Positions 21,501-26,271 of a DNA stretch of 40,720 bases are shown here, piece by piece. A program made the position numbers and the translations under genes. The notes beneath the pieces are model-generated. The model did not search any database. It was not told where the DNA came from and saw only the letters and a program-made list of their open reading frames with translations. The stretch comes from a virus. Its lineage: Duplodnaviria > Caudoviricetes. Location: positions 1-40,720 of IMG/VR virus record IMGVR_UViG_3300044513_002776. One strand, written 5' to 3'. The number at the start of each line of letters is the position of its first letter. The stretch's first letter is position 1.

Positions 21501-24500
21501 AACCACTACAGGAGGTGGACATATTACTGGATCTACTTCTGATAACTTCAATATTTTCTATGGAACTGGAAATATCGGTTTCTGGGGCGGTTCTGGAACC
21601 TTTATGAATTTTGGTGCCAATATTCAAGTAAATACTTGGTATCATGTTGCAATTGTTAGAACTGGAACTGGATTTAATCAAACCTCATTCTACCTGAATG
21701 GAAATAGAATTGGTTTTGGCACCTGGCAAACAAATTATGGTGGAATTGAACTGTTACTTGGTCGCCCCAATCTTAGTGGTGGCAATGAGTTGGATGGTTA
21801 CCTTTCTAACGTTAGAGTCCTCAGAGGTGTCGCATTGTACACTGGTTCTGGATTCCAAGTTCCTACAACACCATTAACTGCAATTTCTGGAACGGCACTC
21901 CTTACTTGTCAGGGTGCTTCCTTGACAGATGCTAGCTCTTACAATCATACGATTACTCCAGTCGGTAATGTTGTTGGTGGAACAACCCCATCTCCATTTA
22001 CCACTTCTGGCGGTGTAAGTTCTTCTTACGATTGGTACAATAATCCTGGTAATGTTAAAGTCCTTAATACTGCTAGAACTATTACTTCTCCAGTCGAAGG
22101 TCTGACTTCGACTACCAACATCTTCCCATCTCCAGAAGATTTGAGTTCTAGCGGATGGGTTGGCGGAGGCATTCAAGTTGTTACAGATAATTTGGATGCT
22201 CCAGATAATACATTGACCGCAGATAAATTAGTGGCAACTAGTGGAGTTTATGGATTCCATCAATGGTCCAAAGACTTTAATATTGATGCTTACACAACCT
22301 TTGATGATACTGCAATACGCTTTGACTCTGATACCGATACTTTTGATGCTGGTACTGCTGCGGCAGATGAAAATCGTACTTATACATTCTCTGCTTTTGT
22401 AAAGGCAGGAGAATCCAGTCAAATGCGTTTGGAAGTTATTCTTGACCCAGCCATAGGTGGTAAGATTGCATTTATCGATGTCAATCTAAGTACTGGAACT
22501 GTAGGAACAACATTTGTTGTTGGTAATATTTCTTCTCCTGATTCTGGTATTATTCCTTATGGTAACGGTTGGTATAGAGTCTATGTTAGTGTTACATTTG
22601 GATTTGGTATTTCTGTTATTCAAACTCGTTTCTGGGTTAGAAGTTCTACAGGACAATTTACCTATACTGGTAATGGTAACGATGGTTTATATGCTTGGGG
22701 TACTAAATTGAATGTTGGTCTTCTTGACCCATATGCAGCAGTATCTGGCAGAATATTCTACTCTGATACTGATTACAACATCAAGAACTATATTATGGAC
22801 GGACTTGAGGATTATATGAGCAAGGCGCTCAACAATACTCTTACTTCTCCATCCACTAATGCTGGTTTCTATAAGTTCTATGATTCTACTATTGCTTCTT
22901 CTTATACGAAGGAAACAATTGATTCGTTCATTAGATATCAGTTGAACATCATCAGAAATCAATTGGATAATAGCAACTACTACGTTGATATTACTAGCAA
23001 TAATGCAATTTCTGTTCCAACTAAGACTTATGGTACTCGTGATATTCCAGTAGGAATTGGTGGTGGCATATCTGGTTCTGAATACTTCTACGGACTTCAA
23101 AGTGATGTATATGGTGAGGTTGAGAAACTTTCACTTAATGAAGGTAAGATTGTTAAAGTTTATAAGAGATTCCGTATTGATGGTGATATCACTGATGGTC
23201 CATTCACAATGAATGAGTCTGTATTTAAACAGGGTTCTCCTTCTGTAACGGGTGTTGTTTATGGATTCTATGAAGATGAAAACTATAAGTATCTCGATGT
23301 CGAAATTACTGCTGGTCCATGGGCAATTACAGATACCATCATTGGTTCTTTAAATTCCACTTCAGCACAAATTAGTGCCATTGAGAATCGTATTCACATT
23401 ATTGATTTGATTGGTAATTTTGCTGAGGATATTCCATTCAGAGGATATACTTCTACTGAAACTGCTACACCAACAGGATTCCTGAAGATTGAAGCAGCAG
23501 TAACGAGTAATGTAGGTGGAGCACTTACAGTTGATACTGAGGGACTTACAGGACAGTTTGAAACAACTAGTGTTGTATATCCAGAAACATCTAGAGAATA
23601 TCTTGAAGTTTCTAAGTTTGCTGGTCTAGATGTTAAGATTGGAGATAGAATTGCTTCTAACGGATACATTAGACTTGGCGTCACATTTATTAGTGGATTG
23701 ACTGATTTTACAGTTGGAAATCGTGTTTATAACGTTTCTGGTGGTGTTCAAGATACTAACACATACGGTATTATTACTAGTGTTGATGTTGATAATAACT
23801 TTATTTACATTCAGGAATATCAAGGCACTTTCCAAAATGGTGACACCATTGGAGACTATGGACTTGGCGAAAGTTTCCCCGTTGGATATGCTTCAATCTC
23901 TACTAAAGTCACCGTGGCGGGTGCAGGTGCAGCAAGAGTACAAGATATTCGCGCTGCTGGTTTAAATACCAGACTCTATATTTCGGATATTGATGGAACA
24001 TTTGATATTAAAGACTCTATTATTGGTCCAGATAGTTATGAATCGGTTATTGTTTCTAAGGATGAACTAAAAGCGCGTGTTCAACGTGCATTTAGAGGAT
24101 TTGATGGTGTTCAAACTACATTTGACCTTACGATTGATAATGGTACTTCGTACCTTCCCGACCCTGAAGGTCACCTGTTGATATTTGTCAATGGTATCCT
24201 TCAACCTCCTGGCGCAACAAATGCATTCACCGCTTTCTCCAATCAAATTCAATTTACAGAGGCACCCGAACTTGGTGCGTCCTTTACTGGATTCTATGTT
24301 GGTAAATTGAGACAACTTGATGATATCTCGTTCGAATTTGATTCGTTGCGCCAGTCATTTAACTTGAAGCGTAATGATGTATTCTATTCCTTGACTCTCA
24401 CAGATGGTGTACAATCCAGCACTATTAGACCCGAGAATAATATTATCGTTTCTCTTAATGGTGTTATTCAGGAACCTGGTGTTGCGTTTGAGATTGTCGG

Positions 24501-25011
24501 TTCGAGAATCATTTTCTCCGAAATTCCTCGCGTAGGTTCCACATTTGTTGCGTTCTCTTATGTTGGTTCTGAGGCAGACGTTGATGCTGCTGAAGTCATT
24601 CCACCAATTGAACCAGGCGATTTCATCGCAATTCAGGGTGAAACTGAAGACCGCGAGGTTGCAGTTATCGAATCGTCAAACTCTCTTATTACGTTCGACT
24701 ATCTCGGTTCTGTATTTGGTCAAAACGCTGCAGCATCTGCAGTCCTTACTAGTGGATTCATTGATGACGTACAAGTTACAGCTGGTGGATCTGGATATAC
24801 TTCTAGACCAACGGTTAGACTTGACTCTATTTCTGGTTTTGATGGAAACATCAAAGCTCTGGTTGGCGTTGCTGGTATTGAAATTTCCAATGCTGGTACT
24901 GGATATGAAAATCCAAATGTTGTAGTTGAGACAAGTGTTCCTGATGATTGGACAGCACCCAATCTTGCTGATTATGGTGAAGAGTTAATTGACCCAGAAA
25001 TAGTTTCCTAA
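6535..25011 (+). CDS. gp7: giant baseplate wedge initiator gp7-like multidomain virion protein (6158 aa)
   Basis: Lies between gp6 and gp8. Core motifs PDFI...LFNKFLEYYY, IKDFYSAKGT..S..YLFKLLYGE and IQDSYYYQDFSY...HPASFKVFGE. Inserted GSGY repeats, YHYH-like, beta-propeller-like, LamG-like and helical repeat domains. Confidence 0.88.
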   Translation: MNINKVSQSINAQTPDFIESNYPLFNKFLEYYYRSQEKTGLGQNILNNFLEYLDIDKLDINILDGASTLVEPLTIDGDTIVVESVDTFLANNGTILIGDEVIYYENITPAPNIALSPGISYEQVKLKWTSLANPINSFDGSTTTFSLLSQDTPIAPPSAQHLIVSVYGEVLIPGIDYTISGTNIVFTTAPRTKLPADDEVGTFITFLSGFIDNEIVGIDNLSNSFGDGKTEFKMTRNGISYEPIVDEFIIAVYDNTLLVPKIDFYIDKDLFIFKTAPTNGRFLSLYSIEAPIPNFGSSASAFARVDEDGEISSIVVSEFGEQYRYEYPPKVTIQSLSGQGASATALVNGIESVTLLNGGQGYSATNPPTVVIEPPTDSGSIPAQISATVTNGSITSLTIVSSGSGYTFIPRISFRQPGGAKINPPTIVGGSISGNVTVSDTGFGYTTAPEIYIDEPTGNNPIKASLRAVLTNGEVTSVQVLNAGQGYLTTPRIAVIDPVGASVLETTVDSNGRLVGIELLNGGNGYTDVPSVYIVDNRPNGGTGATASASIFNGRITDINITNFGSGYSVSQPPTVVIQSPPQGKASATVGLNKVTGFTVNATGSGYSKAKFEGCARAASGIVNYLEDGNAVFSNNTTASTAAIGTSVKCLDALFVKRLLDKYTEQFLPDVPSLDYKSIDVRTAIKTIKDFYSAKGTSFSISYLFKLLYGEQVSVSYPKDQIIKPSAATWSVDTILRATLVSGNPANIKDALIVQEEDIADVNVKFASALVENFISIKTSDVEIYELVISEETIEGKFTVPYKTKLAEPLATDTSIITVDSTIGWPERNGEFVIGGGEVVQYKEKSLNQFIECTRSVNGVVEDWDSATEVTSNFQVYLNKGTAQEVVMNIVGIVDAQQTTLTDTGSYYLPGDKLTVSKLGGTSELPELTTWLYNVKKLISVSDVQFGGINNRFATVTCENPHGLLVGDQVTVYGANPIIYNGSFLVTSRDSETVFQYQLPQPATVVPQGNILVSVDLNKGKSTNAAILNAIGPYTTNVQNSFFNDNYVYVASTGIPNYEVGPFPGSALLPGNQRKLNRFPLTPITISTKNLINPGPIGTWVNGVSIWSYKSTESKTFGAVTSIDITNVGSDYDAASPPNITVSNGGGTGATASVVVDGSVSEISVTNGGSGYTSSPLVSIVGGGGAGAAATAIITKGVVSRILINSGGSGYTSQPAITIVGGGGVGAQGTASVRGPIKSISVTNGGNSYTSKPDITLSSGTGAVAQAIVNDGRIISIAIISAGQGYTTAPEVTIQGEGFGAVARAVIDTDGENAGRVTSIQILNRGIGYSSGTTVINLNSIGSGATFSANVFQWTYNLQETSFLDASKGGVFAGYNNQYGGEYAHLSNPQRLRYILGDNLFQNTANQILEQEDQLDHSPIIGWAFDGNPIYGPYGYDDPTDQSSQITRLNSSYRLKPNIVFNDITNPYPSRQAGPLLTDESAGTFVEDYEYVFGLGDLDQYNGRFCKTPDFPEGRYCYFVTIDTTEAGNPVFPYVLGPSFNSVVDSWNLNADAVQQNIPTGVVRYRDPYENVDIDVERAPNASTNSLTTEDGDILLFEVEDENRDGIISQDETDDPDQIFEESPLQLFDYFPKVKFDSKVDIEVETTTKFENASVTGFTIENAGLNYQVNDNLVFDNTGTSGTGVSARVSRIKGEEVSSLTFENISGDNFGVLTTTNPHNLAVSDTVYLDYSPVMDNTNKEFTVRQYKGIEEIVINQVGSGYNEDIPPTIIIDGDGQSAELQAVVSSVGSIDTINIVNSGYGYTSNPRVILSHPQIFKKADYYVSLIENNNYVKVNDVVVNSNKEVFVCGKTKDSSGNTVAFVSKLSATGVKEWEKTLESSAGLNYAEAQKLYVDGNAVWIVGTLNSNSQILNAYNPDIFLAKYNQSSDGLSATLAFQNAYSGISGSTRADYVTSIQKYSDTRFVIGGYTNTNSTNPHDAFIATIDTTGNFAIKRKLASASKSEKLTEFVINGDNIYFCLETASSDTSNDVSVAFGKATIGISAIVVDWIYNISNTLYSFLDTSIVRDEFNEYYITSTLRLKSDNVTKDSFWVGKFDSTGDNIWNKRFVVSGGSVTVAEKTAIDIFGDLNVAFTKVATADSKKTIESVKIGYDGVVKNHTSNDFNLNNIEGITVHSLDADVSGDVHLFGQTSWNRNEFIFEFDETDDATDKTGHYTPTLIGNDATESLALVGDGVAKLFGKDVATPANWENAAIKFAAADLGTKLNDDWTIEFMLYKDATNSQTHSQTQQTLVAIGDATDATGGLWLYYDMGTGQLELVVTNNTTSINSAGSGLSSTQTNMFADNSWQFVGLKKEGNSFTAYVNGIQIFTGTIANTSLGDKDLHFGNIPGKNATPGSFAAVYQGQYYLDNLRLRNRSVTPTVPSDITSLPPVATYVLAFDWVDDAWFTTNLNQYDYIDYVGFGIKVDKNADSSRLGNKGEQSNTGIGLERTAVSIVTGSTLTITSVGYALGDSGFQSLDFDDAITTMSQDTETLDYSNDVWGSRTATVPSPGSRKLNVTAVVKDRYFFKVTDTVKIDNVQELTINQSFAFTVGSKLVLNNGASFVNSGYITKVDNANKKVYLAVNNNSWSDDLNLGELSTEQFSEQNTYGIVGPIPNDINQISAYNFGQVDNTTPGTFDIDLANFDAPEGGSNNLDEFAKFKPYTETEYSIRIDEVSASSFIVGSVITLSGDDISFNSDYTTAQITNLTGVLKISVVANLTKVLQVTAVSNSDEVYVITSTSHYLNDGEVIFVDGNPSEQIGQIVYDEYDGSFSVDRVISPLEFTYKLPQVALTSPATTAANVNIFVKSPVLKMYYGHQYLFDLSHSSMAGGNLSFSKDNLYKLEYSFNSIERIGTPGVTGEGQPTPTVKFKVDENIVTNISYYFDPSRSGADSPVIPGSYLDVTFSPYRGTFTISSISGATITRGADTFKFPLLNEPEGDAVVSNASYSTSSVKAVGSISDIRIVNPGGFYQKLPIVTGIQSTRNIERVQINDPGTEYAVGVYNGVPISGDGEGGFVQITVADGTDDEGTLIPGQIQKVLVTSPGRGYTTATIDIPSISGILGPGLTGSGADVEVVIPPFGTGASIFTSGSNVGKIKKLKNNNFGYDYPHDYTLRPEITFPINCQLTSTSILDSITVTDPGSGYSQAPAVVIEGGGGSGAIAEATIRNGRLDQILVKDPGAGYSSTPTVTLKSSFNYVINVDLGLLQFAFPHGIPNGSEVTLNVVDTGDGADFPLAAGALGRLNGSTTYFAITGSANSLEDDQMKLAITATNAELGDAITYVNAGTGRQQVLTESFGGAATANVITSTFLEGELVYQGDSFATATATGYVSTNSGWQIGPRILKIVDYTGEFIENQTVTGVVSKSSGVISDLKIAKGVLDIGSITKTTGQFIDDVGKPSEIIQKIQDSYYYQDFSYAVKSAVSISEWKDILIKNVHPASFKVFGELNLSEFSNIPNKKTDFQLTKSVELAQEAIVPNIQNFALVEPIYSEFNNTEVLFRQKRLTSSENILTSVVQRIDDISNLFDGERIAFPLTVDGNNIVANANQLMIVLNGVVQTPNTSFEIQNDSIVFSEPPAPPASVKYVNTTIQQINTVELQFINTGGIFPNIGNTLVGTASAARLTVTNVAGNSIFGFVTQGTFQNGELCTVGATGFAANLSAEIAVSNNGLFIFGETVTDLTGDTAVVESINLETGQELPLAKLRYTIGPSTTTFEVIDYSAATDSPVDNGTFTPGETYQFGSEIFLVNSTTNGAESTTLSVTRAQSGTSAVSHQEDIPIYGTQISINDELTLSKTTGTYQSTPGLFDIQLNDIIIGAQSGVVARITSTSTYQDPVTQEFIGQVDISEGSSFFGLLFNRITSASYPNVVIDDISKSQVTVVDFEDNSTPFNSDFPANELINNYVIPYDNESGDFQDNEFIRNYLIEYGNSSGDYVSGEGAVIRKITFKDQQGTGFFASGQILKTRDTKAEVIGYNQARKTIYLGKIARILNSGQDYHTATFNNSAQLDTAQKKFGPSSLLLDDATTDYLSIPTSTEFGFGTGAFTVECWIRPDDVSAGDRHIFDMRDGGGDANAGRLYIATDQVRFNIGGSDVVTSGATTLSADTWYHIAITRSGTDLKLFVDGSEAGSTTNSTDLGSTKRLFIGSNFSAANTFSGHIDEFRVSNTGRYSAAFTPRNGIFQGDSNTKLLFHFDGSDGQVYDQDWSGGESLTNGEDFHNDSILATSRLAGAPVGFTGNSHRVYNATTSIALNKDFIAKEVVYLLLQQYPSLVIPGGNVNCEDDIRDVLDQIIEDLKNGSNSHMWDAAAIYVDRTQNPVTLNHIETEVAETIWAYNKVDEMLQYIINNVTWTVQGDHGLTQTLNTEASNIYEGGSPSLSNCADVYTTINNLIDILTDTLSEADTPSATPDGDHLATVTKVEPAFEFVGGTVDAFYEVPFTVDYHDGNTDVIYTNQIDTDSRNRFYDAANLILKNRAVIIDKASADLINRYPDLALDMPRNESGNGDGTLRCKTDLGLILDEIAEDIRNGGNINTVGAAKFYLGTNDVLLHIRLQVWQSVYAHNRLGFYMKQAINGDLDYNNTTNIIVGDWGITNDPGGCADVQAAIDTLIDTLNDIIAPTDNDYAIAADRLYFNRDYIRDEIFGLINDELTYTLNNINFTAFVYNSELDIEDLIIAIISDLQTGGNNSSVAEMENYLTSALNLTTIDNVLPAAIFALEKLKELGEYAINNALYNRGTTVPAGLYSAVHATQTAYQDNESPVTIANPYARFGVLVDSLKGIISPGGDEARNAAKQIQYNENYYKDELETIVNAQFGSGSWDYDEFVGTIVDNIVHDLIITDTTDTTTAYSISIETVTDSFIVGETVTSSGGGTAVVFEYDEDSSKLYVGPFTGTAWIAGDTLTGGESGATATISGGGTGSVFFDGTDDYLRIPSVNSSFAFGTGAITFECWFRPTTTGGGHITGSTSDNFNIFYGTGNIGFWGGSGTFMNFGANIQVNTWYHVAIVRTGTGFNQTSFYLNGNRIGFGTWQTNYGGIELLLGRPNLSGGNELDGYLSNVRVLRGVALYTGSGFQVPTTPLTAISGTALLTCQGASLTDASSYNHTITPVGNVVGGTTPSPFTTSGGVSSSYDWYNNPGNVKVLNTARTITSPVEGLTSTTNIFPSPEDLSSSGWVGGGIQVVTDNLDAPDNTLTADKLVATSGVYGFHQWSKDFNIDAYTTFDDTAIRFDSDTDTFDAGTAAADENRTYTFSAFVKAGESSQMRLEVILDPAIGGKIAFIDVNLSTGTVGTTFVVGNISSPDSGIIPYGNGWYRVYVSVTFGFGISVIQTRFWVRSSTGQFTYTGNGNDGLYAWGTKLNVGLLDPYAAVSGRIFYSDTDYNIKNYIMDGLEDYMSKALNNTLTSPSTNAGFYKFYDSTIASSYTKETIDSFIRYQLNIIRNQLDNSNYYVDITSNNAISVPTKTYGTRDIPVGIGGGISGSEYFYGLQSDVYGEVEKLSLNEGKIVKVYKRFRIDGDITDGPFTMNESVFKQGSPSVTGVVYGFYEDENYKYLDVEITAGPWAITDTIIGSLNSTSAQISAIENRIHIIDLIGNFAEDIPFRGYTSTETATPTGFLKIEAAVTSNVGGALTVDTEGLTGQFETTSVVYPETSREYLEVSKFAGLDVKIGDRIASNGYIRLGVTFISGLTDFTVGNRVYNVSGGVQDTNTYGIITSVDVDNNFIYIQEYQGTFQNGDTIGDYGLGESFPVGYASISTKVTVAGAGAARVQDIRAAGLNTRLYISDIDGTFDIKDSIIGPDSYESVIVSKDELKARVQRAFRGFDGVQTTFDLTIDNGTSYLPDPEGHLLIFVNGILQPPGATNAFTAFSNQIQFTEAPELGASFTGFYVGKLRQLDDISFEFDSLRQSFNLKRNDVFYSLTLTDGVQSSTIRPENNIIVSLNGVIQEPGVAFEIVGSRIIFSEIPRVGSTFVAFSYVGSEADVDAAEVIPPIEPGDFIAIQGETEDREVAVIESSNSLITFDYLGSVFGQNAAASAVLTSGFIDDVQVTAGGSGYTSRPTVRLDSISGFDGNIKALVGVAGIEISNAGTGYENPNVVVETSVPDDWTAPNLADYGEELIDPEIVS
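9890..10580 (+). repeat. Gly-rich protein repeats, I-x-V-x-N-G-G-S-G-Y-T-S-x-P-x-V-x-I-x-G-G-G-G-x-G-A-x-A-x-A (largest block)
   Basis: About six ~35-aa units here. Similar blocks at about 7400-8360, 15500-16230, 24730-24930 and 28600-29040, and in gp8. Confidence 0.85.
11335..11370 (+). other. EF-hand-type Ca2+-binding loop DENRDGIISQDE in gp7
   Basis: D1, N3, D5, G6, I8, S9 and E12 all match the canonical 12-residue EF-hand loop. Confidence 0.55.
12030..13120 (+). other. beta-propeller-like domain in gp7
   Basis: Repeated blades such as NDVVVNSNKEVFVCG..AFVSKLSATGVKEWEK, DAFIATIDTTGN and FWVGKFDSTGDNIWNK. Confidence 0.6.
18640..19230 (+). other. LamG/concanavalin-A-like domain in gp7 (further copies at about 13200-13800 and 21390-21990)
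   Basis: KFG.SSL, FTVECWIRP, WYHIAITRSG, LFVDG and FSGHIDEFRVS are LamG-3 pattern motifs. Confidence 0.85.
19366..22970 (+). repeat. four phycobiliprotein/globin-like helical repeats in gp7 (the fourth split by an insertion)
   Basis: Units at about 19366-19840, 20029-20493, 20509-20985 and 21001-21156 plus 22770-22970. Consensus A-x2-(I/L)-x2-N-x3-I...P...C-x2-D...I-x2-DL-x2-GGN...INN...CADV-x3-I-x2-L. Confidence 0.7.
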
Positions 25012-25020
25012 ATTAATCGA

Positions 25021-25027
25021 ATAAATA
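25021..25027 (+). promoter_or_regulatory. T4-type late promoter ATAAATA
   Basis: In the 36-nt intergenic gap, 20 nt before ATG25048. Confidence 0.75.
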
Positions 25028-25047
25028 ACTAAAAATCGTAGCAACTA

Positions 25048-26268
25048 ATGGCTAAGCAAACACTAGGTCTTGGTGCCGCCGCTAATGATAACACAGGTGA
25101 TACCCTTCGTACTGGCGGTGACAAGATTAATGACAACTTTAATGAGGTCTATGGAGCCATTGGTAATGGTTCAAACCTACAGATTAGTGTGTCAAATCCT
25201 GCTGTAGGACAAGTCCTCCGTTATAATGGAAGTACATTTTTACCTTCTGATTATAGTTTATTGACATCTGCTTTAGATGTCAATGGCAATTCTATTATTT
25301 CTACTTCAAATGGAAATATTAATGTTGCTCCTAATGGAACTGGGGATATTAACCTTTCTGCGGGTAGCGTAACTTCTACTTTTGATGGTGCTACGGGAAC
25401 AATTGATTTTCCAACGAGAGTTTCTTATAAAAATGAATACTCTTCGGTTGGTGTTGCTCCTTCTGCAGCATCTTATCCTGGATTCTTTTTCACCGTAGAT
25501 GGTGATGACAATCCATATGTGAACATGAATATTACCGCTGGTGGTGTTGGTGATACTAGAGTTGCTCTTTTAACTGAATACACTGGAATTGGTGATTTAT
25601 CTAACGTAGACTTAACTACTAATGCACCAACAGTAAATCAAATTTTGAAGTGGGATGGAACTAATTGGATTCCTGGTGATGATGCCGCTGGTGCTGGCGA
25701 ACAAAACATCTTTGCTACAATTGCTGCAGATACAGGTAGTACTACCGCAAATAGTTCTTCCGATACGTTTACAATTACTGGTGGCACCAACATTTCAACT
25801 TCTATCACTGGTGATGTAGTCACAATTGATTTTGATGGAACTTTAACTACTACATTTGCCGCTTTAACGGATACTAATGTTTCTGGTATCTCTCAAGGAG
25901 ATTCTTTGTACTGGAATGGAACTTCATGGGTAGTTACCAGAAGCCCAATTACATGGTGGGAATTGGGAGCTAATGGAAGTACAGACTATACATTTAATGG
26001 TCCTGGATTTGCTGCTGCAACAAACGATCCAACGTTGTATGTGTATAGAGGATTTACTTATGCATTTGATAACAGCGTTTCTGGAGGTGCCCACCCATTT
26101 AGAATTCAATCTACTCAAGGATTGACAGGGACACCTTATACTACTGGGCAAACTGGTAGTGGAACTTCTGTCCTTTATTGGACTGTTCCCATGGATGCTC
26201 CCACTACACTGTATTATCAGTGTACTATTCACGCAGCAATGCAAGGTACTATTAACGTCGTAAGCTGA
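25048..26268 (+). CDS. virion protein with gp9/gp10-type N-terminus and C-terminal cupredoxin-like domain
   Basis: MAKQ.L.LG..AND.TGDTLR.GGDKINDNF.EVY matches the T4 gp9/gp10 N-terminal motif; L.DV...GQ.L.W(N/D)GT.W fibre repeats; C-terminal HPF...LYYQCTIHAAMQGTINV. Confidence 0.85.
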   Translation: MAKQTLGLGAAANDNTGDTLRTGGDKINDNFNEVYGAIGNGSNLQISVSNPAVGQVLRYNGSTFLPSDYSLLTSALDVNGNSIISTSNGNINVAPNGTGDINLSAGSVTSTFDGATGTIDFPTRVSYKNEYSSVGVAPSAASYPGFFFTVDGDDNPYVNMNITAGGVGDTRVALLTEYTGIGDLSNVDLTTNAPTVNQILKWDGTNWIPGDDAAGAGEQNIFATIAADTGSTTANSSSDTFTITGGTNISTSITGDVVTIDFDGTLTTTFAALTDTNVSGISQGDSLYWNGTSWVVTRSPITWWELGANGSTDYTFNGPGFAAATNDPTLYVYRGFTYAFDNSVSGGAHPFRIQSTQGLTGTPYTTGQTGSGTSVLYWTVPMDAPTTLYYQCTIHAAMQGTINVVS

Positions 26269-26271
26269 TAA

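Noticed and set aside
6535-25011. Intein, intron or homing endonuclease as the explanation for the gene's size
   Set aside because: No Hint-domain termini and no LAGLIDADG, HNH or GIY-YIG motifs were recognised; the frame is uninterrupted.
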